Part shown: positions 29,525-39,421 of the stretch, one piece after another
Layout: each line of letters starts with the position of its first letter
How positions within the stretch are numbered: position 1 is the first letter of the stretch
From: an uncultured Desulfobacter sp.
GTDB taxonomy: Bacteria > Desulfobacterota > Desulfobacteria > Desulfobacterales > Desulfobacteraceae
Length of the DNA stretch: 64,000 nucleotides
Reading direction: 5' to 3'
Assembly (NCBI GenBank): GCA_963665095.1
Contig: OY762069.1
Coordinates: 3,040,001-3,104,000, forward strand
The notes under the pieces: model-generated
Told to the model about the DNA's origin: nothing
The model's input: the letters and a program-made list of their open reading frames with translations, nothing else
Databases searched by the model: none
Made by a program: the position numbers and the translations under genes

Positions 29525-30478
29525 CTAATCCATTGATCTTGCCGCTAATATAAACTGAGAGGTAATATGCTCCCACAAATGCCGGGTTTTCCTGATTTTC
29601 CACAAGAGCTGACCTTTGTCCTCTATGGTAAACCCTGGCGCAAAGGGGCCTTGGGCATCTTCAAGCAAGTGGCAGACATTTTCCATTCCAAATCCCTTGA
29701 ACGGACCGTCAAGGGTGCCGCCAAGCCACAGATCCGGACTGCTGACACTTTCATCCCAGGAAAAAGGATCTGAAAAAAGGAATCTGGCATTGGTTTTATC
29801 CATGACCCGGTTGGCTTCCTGTAAATGGCGTTCAGGGTACGGGACCTTTTCCAGAATGTTAACGGAACTTGCCGTGGCAAACCGGCTGGAACGAAACGGC
29901 AGGGCCATGGCATCAGCGACGATGAACTCTGCATTGGCAAACCCGTAACCTGCATCCAGCTCACAGGAACGTTTCTCAGTGATCTGGCCCTCCATGATCA
30001 GGTCAAATTCCAGGCGTCGGGTTTGGGCAAGGGTTCTGGCGGCCCGGATAAAAGAGATGGAGGTGTCAATACCCACAGCCCTGTCATGGCTTTTTGTCAT
30101 CTCAAAGGTCAGCCGCCCTACAGAACAGCCAATATCCAGTGCCCAGCCGGATCGTGGTGCACTGAATGCCCCTGCCCATTTGCGGTAGGCATCTGTGGCG
30201 TCGGGTCCGTTAAAAAATTCGGAATAATGACTCCATAAATAGGAGGAGAGCATGGAAAACGAATTGTACCCGGCTGTGTCCTGGATAATGGGCAGGGTAT
30301 GGTCAGGCACTACTAAGGCAATGCCCTGCCGGATCTCATACCGGTGCTGACAATTAGGACAAATCAGCTCCCCGTCAATAATATCATCCTCGGTTTCAAT
30401 GCGAATTTCCGGTTCAAGCACAAAATTGCTGCCCCGGCACTGGGGACAGATCAACTCTTCGATCAGCCATTTTTTCAT
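29525..30478 (-). CDS. Trm112-like zinc domain fused to a class I SAM methyltransferase (OvoA C-terminal-like)
   Basis: LICPQC..LICPNC..YEIRQGI; ALDIGCSVGRLTFE, GIDTS.SFI, EFIVADAMALP, NILEKV..P, SDPFSW....LWLGG. Confidence 0.82.
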   Translation of the reverse strand: MKKWLIEELICPQCRGSNFVLEPEIRIETEDDIIDGELICPNCQHRYEIRQGIALVVPDHTLPIIQDTAGYNSFSMLSSYLWSHYSEFFNGPDATDAYRKWAGAFSAPRSGWALDIGCSVGRLTFEMTKSHDRAVGIDTSISFIRAARTLAQTRRLEFDLIMEGQITEKRSCELDAGYGFANAEFIVADAMALPFRSSRFATASSVNILEKVPYPERHLQEANRVMDKTNARFLFSDPFSWDESVSSPDLWLGGTLDGPFKGFGMENVCHLLEDAQGPFAPGFTIEDKGQLLWKIRKTRHLWEHITSQFILAARSMD

Positions 30479-30741
30479 ATCTGTTCCTTTGCCTGCTGCG
30501 TCTTCCTCCACTTTACCGGCACTGTAAAAAAGGGCCGGCAATATAACGCGGAAACTGAAAATTATTGCTTTAACAGGGAATAACGGCAGGATCGATAGCG
30601 AAAATAAAATGATAATAAGAATTATTTCAAAAAGCTTTGGCTTCAGCCATGTAAGGGTCAGGTATACCACTCAGAGGCGTCAGAATCAACACTTTGAAAA
30701 TCAGGGTCGCCGATTTAAAGAATCCTGCAGCCCACCCATAA

Positions 30742-30781
30742 AAACCAGGCTGCTATTCCTGACAAAATAGCAGCCTGGTTT
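30742..30781 (-). terminator. Intrinsic terminator after dppA
   Basis: AAACCAGGCTGCTATT-loop-AATAGCAGCCTGGTTT perfect 16-bp stem. Confidence 0.75.
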
Positions 30782-30802
30782 CAGAAAACAAATTTTTATA
30801 AA

Positions 30803-31606
30803 TCAGGAAACAAAAACAATCATCCGCAGGACTTCAAACCAGTCGGGGCTCTCAAAGGCAATGGTCCGGGCAGAAATCAAACGGGCTCCGGGGTAGAAGG
30901 CTTTCTCGTAGGCGTCGCTCACACGGTTATAAGTAATTTGAATACTGAAATGACCCGGCAGATCAATGGCTTTGGCTGCCAGGGGAGTTTCAAGGGCTTT
31001 CTTGGCCCCGGCCCGGATCGCGTCCACCGCCACATCGGGATGAAGGTTAACAGTGGAGCCGCCAAACCCCTCTTTAACAGCAACGGTGGTAATGCCGGGG
31101 ACAAGGTCCGGTGCACCGTTGCATAATTCTTTATCTCCGGAGATCATCACCACCGGCACATTCTCTAAAGCGGCTGTATAGGTATTAAGAAAAAACTCCG
31201 ATACAAACTCATGCCCGTTGATCCGGATGCCTGCAATCCTTTCCGAACTGATGGTATGGGCCAAAGGGTTACCGCTCCCCCCTGCCATGGTATGATACCC
31301 AATCATCATGGCTGCATCAAAACTATTATCAATCCCCTGCATCATAAAATAGGGGTGGGTTCCCCACCCGGAAATCACACGGGCCTGCGGCGGCAGCCGG
31401 CGGGGTATCAAATTGCGTGCTGTGGAGTGGGCGTCTTTGACCACAATCTCTGTGGCACCGGCCTCAAGAGCACCTTCGCAGGCCGCACACACCTCCCGGG
31501 TCAACTGCTCTTTATATACATCATAACCGTCCTGCCCTTTGGTGACTTCGCACCACTGGGTAACACCTGTCACCCCTTCCATATCCGTGCTGATAAATAC
31601 TTTCAT
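30803..31606 (-). CDS. dppA: D-aminopeptidase, peptidase M55 (DppA family)
   Basis: MKVFISTDMEG, DAHS, IGYH, LAHT, VVMISGD. Confidence 0.9.
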   Translation of the reverse strand: MKVFISTDMEGVTGVTQWCEVTKGQDGYDVYKEQLTREVCAACEGALEAGATEIVVKDAHSTARNLIPRRLPPQARVISGWGTHPYFMMQGIDNSFDAAMMIGYHTMAGGSGNPLAHTISSERIAGIRINGHEFVSEFFLNTYTAALENVPVVMISGDKELCNGAPDLVPGITTVAVKEGFGGSTVNLHPDVAVDAIRAGAKKALETPLAAKAIDLPGHFSIQITYNRVSDAYEKAFYPGARLISARTIAFESPDWFEVLRMIVFVS

Positions 31607-31785
31607 ATAACCAATTCCTTTGCATTCATTAAAAGGTCTGCTTGTTACCGAGGCAGGATCCATCTGGCCTGTCACCATATCAACCAATATTTCCAAGCGT
31701 TGGCATTTTGTGGGTATGCCAAATTTTTGTCAATATTTTATTAAAAACCATGAATTTGGGGGTAATGGGGAATGCTTGGCCAAGA

Positions 31786-31959
31786 GGTGTTGGTTGGGCT
31801 GTTGTGGAGCGTTAAGCTGGATTTTTTACAGCCTTTTAATGCAGCCTAGCGGTTAAAAGAAAAAGCTGTCTGACCAAAGGGAGTTCTTTTTCTTCAGCAA
31901 AGCGAAATTTAAAGGCTGTTAAAAATCTTTGCGTGCGGAACAACAGCCTGCCCAACGCC
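31786..31959 (+). repeat. ~175 bp nested inverted-repeat (long hairpin) element
   Basis: Three nested stems: GGTGTTGG.TGGGCTGTTG/CAACAGCCTG.CCAACGCC; GATTTTTTACAGCCTTTTAAT/ATTTAAAGGCTGTTAAAAATC; AAGAAAAAG/CTTTTTCTT. Confidence 0.7.
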
Positions 31960-32246
31960 GGATTGAGATTTGAAAGGAAGGGATGACAGAAATAGGGAAA
32001 CACAAAAAATAATAGGGGACAGGGAGGAGTATACTTTGAATTTACAAACTGTACCTTAATATCATGCCGGATAATATATGCGAATACTCAGTGTATCTGA
32101 AGTGAAGGCATTGACCCTGGTAAAAGACATGATAAAATCAAACCCGCCAGCAACCCTGAACCGGGAAAGGCGCTGAGACTTTAATGCAAAACATTTGCCC
32201 GGAATATGAATATACCGCAAACATCCGGCCGAAACAGGACAACGTT

Positions 32247-34567
32247 ATGACTGATTCATTACAATATATTCAAAAGATGCTCCAGGAGCACTATGACATC
32301 CATGCCAATCTCACCCGGCTGTCCGGGGAAAACGAAAACTACCTGGTCAGGGATGACAGGGAAAGATCCTGGGTCCTCAAGCTGTCGGACAGTGACACGC
32401 CCTCAGGCATTGCCGAACTGGAGCATCTGGCAGTGGAATCTCTCATTGATGCCGGGCTTGACCTGGGTCTGCCCCGGGTGATTCCCACCAGGGAACAAAA
32501 GATCCAGGCCACGTTCACCACGCCGGCAGGGACCGTATATAAAGGACGGCTTCTGGCCTTTGTAAAGGGCGTCCCCTGGTGTTCTTCTGTCCCGGCACCG
32601 GACAGCCGCCTTGAGGACCTGGGCCGGGTGACCGGGAAACTCACAAAGGTCCTGTCGGCCCTTGTCCATCCGGCATCCGGCCGGACCCATGCCTGGGACC
32701 TGGCCTGTGCCCACCAGCACCGTGCTTCCATTAACTCCATTGAAAATCCTGCCAGACAGGCCATGCTCGAACAGATTTTCCTCTGGTTTGAGGCCATTGT
32801 CCAGCCGGCCCTGCACAGGCTTGACCACGGCCCCATTCACGGGGACCTTAACGATGACAATATCCTGATTTCAGACAATCGTGTGGCCGGTATCCTTGAT
32901 TTTGGCGACTGCCTGGACAACCCCCTGGTATGCGATCTGGCCATCGCCCTTGCCTACCATACCCTGGATGAGCCTGATCCCCTGACAGCCGGGGCCAAAA
33001 TCGTCAGGGGATACCATCAGGTAAGACCCCTGACCACCCTGGAAACAGAGCTTCTTTTTCCTTTGATGTGCGCAAGGCTTGCCGTATCCGTACTGATTTC
33101 ATCCCGGCGCCGACAGATTGATCCGGGTCGGGAGGCCTGGTTTGTGTCGGAAGAACGGGCATGGAAAAAACTTGAATATTTCTCTGCATTCTCCCCAGTT
33201 GCAGCGGCCCGGACCCTGGCGTCAGAGGTCAGCCAGCCCCCCTGTCCCAAACCATACCCGCCCCGGGGTCTTGCCGGTGAGATCCTGGCAGAGAAACGAA
33301 AGACCTGTATCGCACCATCATTGTCGGTCTCCTATCACCGCCCCCTTAAAATTGATCGGGGCCGGGCCCAGTTTTTATACGATGAAGCAGGCAACCCCTT
33401 TCTGGATCTTTACAACAATGTCTGCCATGTGGGGCACTGCCATCCCCATGTGGTGGCAGCCGGACAAAAACAGATGGCCGGCTGAACACCAATACCCGGT
33501 ACCTGTATGACGGGCTTACCAGCTATGCCGCCAAGCTGACCGCCACCCTGCCCCCGCCTCTGGACACCTGCTTTTTTGTCAACTCCGGCAGTGAAGCCAA
33601 TGAGCTGGCACTGCGCATCGCAAAAACCATCACCGGCTGCAGGGATGTCCTGGTAACAGACAATGCCTATCATGGTCATACCCAGGCCATGATCCATATC
33701 AGCCCTTACAAATTTATGGGCAAAGGTGGTGCAGGCAAACCTGAGCCATGGGTCCATGTGCTTCCGGTACCTGACGGATACCGAGGTATATTTAAAGGCC
33801 AGGGCCCCTCCACAGGCAGGGCATACGCAGATCAGGTAAAAGAAATCCTGGATCGCCTGGGCCATCCGGTGGCGGCCTTTATCACTGAAACGCTTCTTTC
33901 CTGCGGGGGGCAGGTGATACCGCCAGCCACCTATCTCAAACAGGTATTTGCCCATGTGCGCGAAAAGGGCGGCCTTTGCATCTGTGATGAGGTGCAGACC
34001 GGGTTCGGGCGTACCGGAGAGTATTTCTGGGCCTTTGAAGGCCAGGATGCAGTGCCGGACATTGTTGTCATCGGCAAACCCATGGGAAACGGGCATCCCA
34101 TGGGTGGTGTGATAACGTCAAAAGCCATTGCCGAACAATTTGCCAACGGCATGGAATTTTTCTCCACCTTTGGCGGAAATCCGGTATCATGTGCCATTGG
34201 TACGGCAGTTTTAGAGGTGATTGAAAAAGAGAACCTGATGGATAGGGCAAAATCGGTGGGAGCACACATGCTCGACGCTCTGATGCCTTTAAAGCAGCGT
34301 CATCAACTGATTGGCGATATACGGGGCACTGGCCTGTTTGTGGGCATTGAACTGGTGTGGGACCGCAACACCCTGGCACCGGCCCCGGAGGCGGCCAAAC
34401 AGGTAGTCAATCAGCTAAGGGACCATGGCATTCTAACCGGGACAGACGGCCCTTTTGACAATGTGATTAAAATCAAGCCGCCCATGGTCATTACCCGGGA
34501 TGATGCAGATATGTTTGCCCGGGTTCTTGACCGGATTTTAGCCGGCATCAGCCCATCTGCTGCATGA
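32247..34567 (+). pseudogene. APH-type kinase fused to a class III PLP enzyme (hydroxylysine kinase/phospholyase-like), frameshifted near 33480
   Basis: HGDLNDDN and LDFGD kinase motifs; NNVCHVGHCHP..QMA then (+1 nt) RLNTNTRYL..NSGSEAN..DEVQTGFGR..IGKPMGNG. One C is missing in gcc(c)ggctg. Confidence 0.8.
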
Positions 34568-34685
34568 CAATTATATCTGGCTAAACTTGACGAAACAGCT
34601 TCTGATACACACACTTTAAGATGATTATACAGGTATTTTTACCAGGCAGAAACCCATTTTCCCAATGCAAAAAAGGAGCGTTACC

Positions 34686-35033
34686 ATGGAAAAAACCGTA
34701 TTGTTCGCATTCCGCGGAGACCCGCTATGCTTCATCCACGTATTGCTTAACAGCCTTGATTTGAAAGAACGGGGCCGGGAGGGCCTGATCGTGCTGGAAG
34801 GAGAATCCGTAAAACTGGTGGGTCCCATGTCCGAACCGGGACATTTTCTGAATCCCCTTTATAAAAAAGCCAAAGCAGCCGGACTCATTTATGGCGCTTG
34901 TAAAGCATGTGCAACCAAGCTTGGGGCTTTGGAACCTATTGAAAAAGAAGGAATCCCCCTGGTGGGAGATATGGCCAACCATCCGGCCATGGGCGAATTC
35001 ATTGAAAAAGGCTATCAGGTGATCACCTTCTAA
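34686..35033 (+). CDS. Small DsrE-like cytoplasmic protein
   Basis: HVLLN.LD...LEGE, ACKACA, HPAM..FI..GYQVITF; AAGGAG RBS. Confidence 0.75.
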   Translation: MEKTVLFAFRGDPLCFIHVLLNSLDLKERGREGLIVLEGESVKLVGPMSEPGHFLNPLYKKAKAAGLIYGACKACATKLGALEPIEKEGIPLVGDMANHPAMGEFIEKGYQVITF

Positions 35034-35170
35034 GCCCTGTTTTCGCCCGGATCTGTCCAGACCTGGATTCAATGAATGATGCCGTTCATCACAGAACCGG
35101 TAATATCTGTGCACTTATACGTCATCTGTAGCCTGAATCCCCGGACTGCATAAAACAATCAAACACTGAA

Positions 35171-35206
35171 AAAGCCCTGCGGACATGACAACATCCACAG
35201 GGCTTT
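35171..35206 (-). terminator. Intrinsic terminator after etfA
   Basis: AAAGCCCTG.GGA..loop..TCC.CAGGGCTTT. Confidence 0.6.
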
Positions 35207-35258
35207 GTATACTTACCGCAAAATCTGAATACCAGCAGGGTATCAGATGATTGCTGGT

Positions 35259-36223
35259 TTAAAGTTCTTCAATGGCTTCCTGAAGCGCCGGCATAAACTC
35301 AAGGATATCTTCCACAATACCGACATCAGCCACCTGGAAAATAGGTGCTTTGGGGTTCTTATTCACGGCAACGATAAAGGGGTTACCCTTGATGCCGCCC
35401 ATGTGCTGGAAGGAACCGGAAATACCCATGGCCATATAAACTTTAGGTTTAACAGTCTGGCCGGAGGTGCCGACCTGACGGATTTTTCAAGCCATTTGGC
35501 GTCAACAATGGGACGGGAGCAGGAAACAACAGCGCCCATGGCGTCAGCCAGTTCCTGGGCGATTTCAATGTTGTCCTCATCTTCAATACCACGACCAATG
35601 GATACCAGAACGTCAGACTTGGTAATGTCCACATCACCCACTTCTGCTTCAACCACTTCCAGAAAGGTTCTCTTGGCAGCAAGATCACCGGCATCACCGG
35701 ATTTGTCAACCACGGAGCCACCGGCACTGGCGTCAACAGGCGCGAATGCACCCGGACGGATGGTGATGACAGCACCTGCAGCAACATCGCAGGTTACATG
35801 GGTGGAAACCGCACCGCCCAGTTCCTGACGAACCAGTTTCAAAGTGGTGCCGTCCATGCCTTCGAAATCAACCACGTCTGCAGCATAGGCGGACTCAAGT
35901 TTAATGGAAAGACCCGGGGCCAGGTCCATGCCGAATGTATCATGGGCAACCAGGACAATGGCGTCAGCCGGAATAATAGCGGCCAGGGCTTTTCTGACTA
36001 CTTCCGCATTGGGATATGCCATGGCGGCATTATCAATTTTGATAACTTCTGAATAGGTTTTGGTCAGTTCCTGGGCTACTTTATCGAGATCTGCGCCTGA
36101 GCCAGTGACAACAGCGGTGAGAGATGCGCCGGCATCAATCTTTTTTGCAGCATCCGGGAACTCAAGCGCCACATCTTCGGCCACCCCGTTTTTAAAAGGA
36201 ACATATGCAAAAATCTGTGTCAT
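35259..36223 (-). pseudogene. etfA: Electron transfer flavoprotein alpha subunit, apparent 1-nt frameshift at 35480-35481
   Basis: IGRGI, CSRP..D.KW. Restoring one base gives RQVGTSGQTVKPKVY.AMGISGSFQH.GG..IVAVNKNPKAPIF..AD.GIV to a TAA at 35259. Confidence 0.85.
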
Positions 36224-36225
36224 GA

Positions 36226-37011
36226 TTAAAGTCCTCCTTTGGCTTTCAGCTTCTCAATCAGTTTTTCAATAATCTCGTCGGTGGAGCCTTCAAGCATTTC
36301 AGCGCCATCGCCCAGATCCGGTACAAAATAATCCACGCGTTTGGTCTTGGCACCGGCTTCACCCACAGCGCCTGCATCAACACCGAGATCTCCTGCACCC
36401 TTCACAGGAATCTCAACACTGGCCACCTTACGGATACCGCGGATACCCACGTAGCGGGGTTCGTTGATACCAGTCTGGATGGAAAGCACGCAGGGCAGCT
36501 CAATCTCGTTCATTTCCTGATTGCCGCCTTCAATTTCCCGGCCCACTTTGATCTTTCCGTCCGCCGGTTCAATCTTGTTCACCAGAGAGGCATAGGGGTA
36601 ATCCAGCATGGCTGCCAGCATACCGCCCACCTGGCCGGCGCCTTCATCGGCCTGGGCACCGGTGAGAATCAGGTCATACTTGCCTTTTTCAACTTCAGCT
36701 TTGAGGATGGTGGCAATACCCTTGCCGTCAGAGCCTTCAAATGCGTCATCGGACAGGAGCACGCCATTGTTGGCGCCCATGGCCATCTCGCGTCTCAGGA
36801 CCTCTTCAGCCTCATCATCACCCACAGTTACAACAGTCACATTGCCGCCCAGGTTGTCAACAATCTGGATAGCTTCTTCAACTGCATAATTGTCCCACTC
36901 ATTTACAGAATAGACCAGATCGTCACGGTCCAGATCATTTCCTGCAGAATTGAGTTCAAATTCGTTCTCAGCAGTATCTGGAACGCGTTTGACGCACACC
37001 AAAATTTCCAT
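36226..37011 (-). CDS. etfB: Electron transfer flavoprotein beta subunit
   Basis: VCVKRVPD, NEWDNYAVEEA, LTGAQA, NEPRY. Confidence 0.95.
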   Translation of the reverse strand: MEILVCVKRVPDTAENEFELNSAGNDLDRDDLVYSVNEWDNYAVEEAIQIVDNLGGNVTVVTVGDDEAEEVLRREMAMGANNGVLLSDDAFEGSDGKGIATILKAEVEKGKYDLILTGAQADEGAGQVGGMLAAMLDYPYASLVNKIEPADGKIKVGREIEGGNQEMNEIELPCVLSIQTGINEPRYVGIRGIRKVASVEIPVKGAGDLGVDAGAVGEAGAKTKRVDYFVPDLGDGAEMLEGSTDEIIEKLIEKLKAKGGL

Positions 37012-37194
37012 CATTGCCTCCTTAAACATTCAAGGTTATGACCTGCCGGATGTTTATGCAAAACAGTCCGGCAGATGTCTATAGTTAAGCGCCGGTTCTC
37101 ATTGAAAGCATCCGACAGTGTAGCGGAAGCTTTATATCTTTATATTGTGAACCGGTCCGTCATCATAAAAGAATCTGGACACGGTCCATAACCG

Positions 37195-39264
37195 TTATGC
37201 AAGATGATCTTCAATCAGTTCTGTAAAATCTAGAGCTTCCATCTCGCCTTCCTTTCCAGCCACTTTAATGGCATCCTGGATATTCACCAGACAGAAAGGA
37301 CAGGCAGTGACAATGACATTGGCCCCGGCTTCAGCGGCCATATTCACCCTTAAAACACCCATGCGGGTCTCTTCTTCGGGTTCATAAAACAGCATCAGAC
37401 CACCGCCGCCGCAGCAGAAGGAGCGGTCACGGCTCTTTTCAAGTTCCACACGGGTCAGGCCGTCAATGGCGTCCAAGGCCTGGCGGGGAGATTCGTAAAT
37501 GCTGTTGTGGCGGCCCAGGTAACAGGGATCATGGTATACATATACCTTGTCCGGATGTTTGCACGGTTTCATGGAAAGTGCGCCGGACTGGATCTTTTCT
37601 GCCACAATCTCGCTGATATGTTTGACCGGGGGAAGTCCCTTGTAATCATTTTTCAAGGCATTGAGGGCATGTGGGTCCGCGGTCACGATCTGCTTTACAC
37701 CCGATTCCAGGATGGCCTCGGTGTTCTGTCCTTTAAGATCCTGATACAGCATCTCCTCACCAAACCGGATGACTTCGTTGCCGCTGTCCTTTTCATCCTT
37801 TCCCAGGATACCGAAATCCACACCGGCTTTTTCCAGAATAATGGAGGTCCTGCGGGCAATCTCCTGAATATTGTCGTCATAGGAGGTAATACTGTCAACA
37901 AAGTAGAGGGTATCGGCACTCTCTTCACCAAGGTCTTTAACCTTATGGGCTTCGGCAAAGGTTTTTTCGCTGGCCCATTCCGCCCGTTTCTTTTCCATTT
38001 TACCGTAAGGATTACCGCGTTTTTCAAGGGCTTTAAGGGGTTTCTGCAGGGACTGGGGAACCATCCCCTCATCCACCATACCACGGCGCATGTCCACCAT
38101 CTTGTCGATATATTCGATACCCAGCGGACACTCCTGTTCACAGGCCCCGCAGGTGGTACAGGACCATATTTCATCCTCTGTATAGATGTCTTCTACCAGC
38201 AGTTTGTCGGATTTATAAATTACGCCGGATTTGATGGGATAATTCTTAAAAATAAGATCCCTTGCCTTGATGGTGATAAACCGCGGAGAAAGCGGGCGTC
38301 CTGCAGCATTGGCAGGGCACTGATCAGAACAGCGGCCGCAGTCGGCGCAGGAGTAGAAATCCAGCATGTGTTTCCAGGTAAAGTCCTCCAGCTTTTTAAC
38401 GCCAAAGGATTCCAGGCTGTCCAGCTCTTCGTCGGACACACCGTATTTCACCGGCTTGATATTGCCTTTTTTCACGCGCATGAAAAAAACGTTGAAAATG
38501 GAGGTAATAACGTGGAAATGCTTGCCCATGGGTAAAAAGCACAGAAAGAAGAAAAAGGTGATGTCATGCACATAGTACATAATGAGGTGCAGGGCCTGGA
38601 GCAGCCCCAACGGGGCAGCCCCCAGAAGTTTTGAAAAAATCCAAACCAGGGAGAGAGGCGCCAGGAAATGGGATTCGCCAAGCACCTGGTGGTTGTAGGC
38701 AATCTCTGAAGCTTCAAACATACTTTCTGAAATCATCAGGGTGGAAATGATACCAAGCACGAAAACCGCTTCTGCAGTATGGTCATGACCGTATTTGGCA
38801 GGCACGGCATAGCGGGCCGGCTTGATAATACCGCGGCGGATGGCGGCGATAATACAGGCGATAAGCACGGCGGTTGCGGCATAGTCTTTAATAAAATTGT
38901 AGACTGCGCCGACGGGCCCATCAAACCCGGGCAGAACAAATCCGTCAGACAGCCCGATGACCACAAGGCTGGTTGACCGGATGGACAGAATCAAAAAACC
39001 GGCAAAGATAACGATGTGTAATACACCTGCCAGCATGTATCTGGGCTGACGGATCTGCCCCAGCCATACCACGATCAGATTTTTTATCCGCGCAGGGATA
39101 TTGGAAAAGCGATAGTCCGGATTCGCCCGGACTAAGGGCGCAATTCTTCTTGCCATAATGTAGGCAAATGCACCCACACCAATGATCGGCAAAAGAAAGG
39201 AAAAAATCACCGTTGGAAAGAACCCGAACAACAAATAGCTTGCCGGACCAATAATCATAGACAT
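37195..39264 (-). CDS. Membrane Fe-S oxidoreductase with CCG domains (HdrF/FadF-like, probable ETF:quinone oxidoreductase)
   Basis: N-terminal TM domain with His ligands, CADCGRCSDQCP, CTTCGACEQECP, HDPCYLGR, CCGGGG, TACPFC; upstream of etfBA. Confidence 0.88.
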   Translation of the reverse strand: MSMIIGPASYLLFGFFPTVIFSFLLPIIGVGAFAYIMARRIAPLVRANPDYRFSNIPARIKNLIVVWLGQIRQPRYMLAGVLHIVIFAGFLILSIRSTSLVVIGLSDGFVLPGFDGPVGAVYNFIKDYAATAVLIACIIAAIRRGIIKPARYAVPAKYGHDHTAEAVFVLGIISTLMISESMFEASEIAYNHQVLGESHFLAPLSLVWIFSKLLGAAPLGLLQALHLIMYYVHDITFFFFLCFLPMGKHFHVITSIFNVFFMRVKKGNIKPVKYGVSDEELDSLESFGVKKLEDFTWKHMLDFYSCADCGRCSDQCPANAAGRPLSPRFITIKARDLIFKNYPIKSGVIYKSDKLLVEDIYTEDEIWSCTTCGACEQECPLGIEYIDKMVDMRRGMVDEGMVPQSLQKPLKALEKRGNPYGKMEKKRAEWASEKTFAEAHKVKDLGEESADTLYFVDSITSYDDNIQEIARRTSIILEKAGVDFGILGKDEKDSGNEVIRFGEEMLYQDLKGQNTEAILESGVKQIVTADPHALNALKNDYKGLPPVKHISEIVAEKIQSGALSMKPCKHPDKVYVYHDPCYLGRHNSIYESPRQALDAIDGLTRVELEKSRDRSFCCGGGGLMLFYEPEEETRMGVLRVNMAAEAGANVIVTACPFCLVNIQDAIKVAGKEGEMEALDFTELIEDHLA

Positions 39265-39291
39265 ACTGACTTACCTCCCATTATTTGAGTA

Positions 39292-39307
39292 ATGAATTCA
39301 GGCTCAC
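39292..39307. promoter_or_regulatory. Putative TetR operator 1
   Basis: ATGAAT-TCAG-GCTCAC just upstream of the oxidoreductase-etf operon. Confidence 0.45.
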
Positions 39308-39421
39308 AGAGCTTTAGTAAACATCGTCGTTGCCGTCAAGCAAAAAGCCCACGTCACTAAATATTTACCGTTTAAAAACTGTATGGGATTTATTCCCTTT
39401 TGCCTTGCAGCCAACAAAGCG

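Noticed and set aside
31700..31722. Dyad TTGGCAT-N9-ATGCCAA upstream of dppA
   Set aside because: Single short instance with no cognate regulator nearby; could be chance
33470..33490. Programmed ribosomal frameshift in the kinase-PLP gene
   Set aside because: No slippery sequence or stimulatory structure seen, and the same lesion type occurs in etfA
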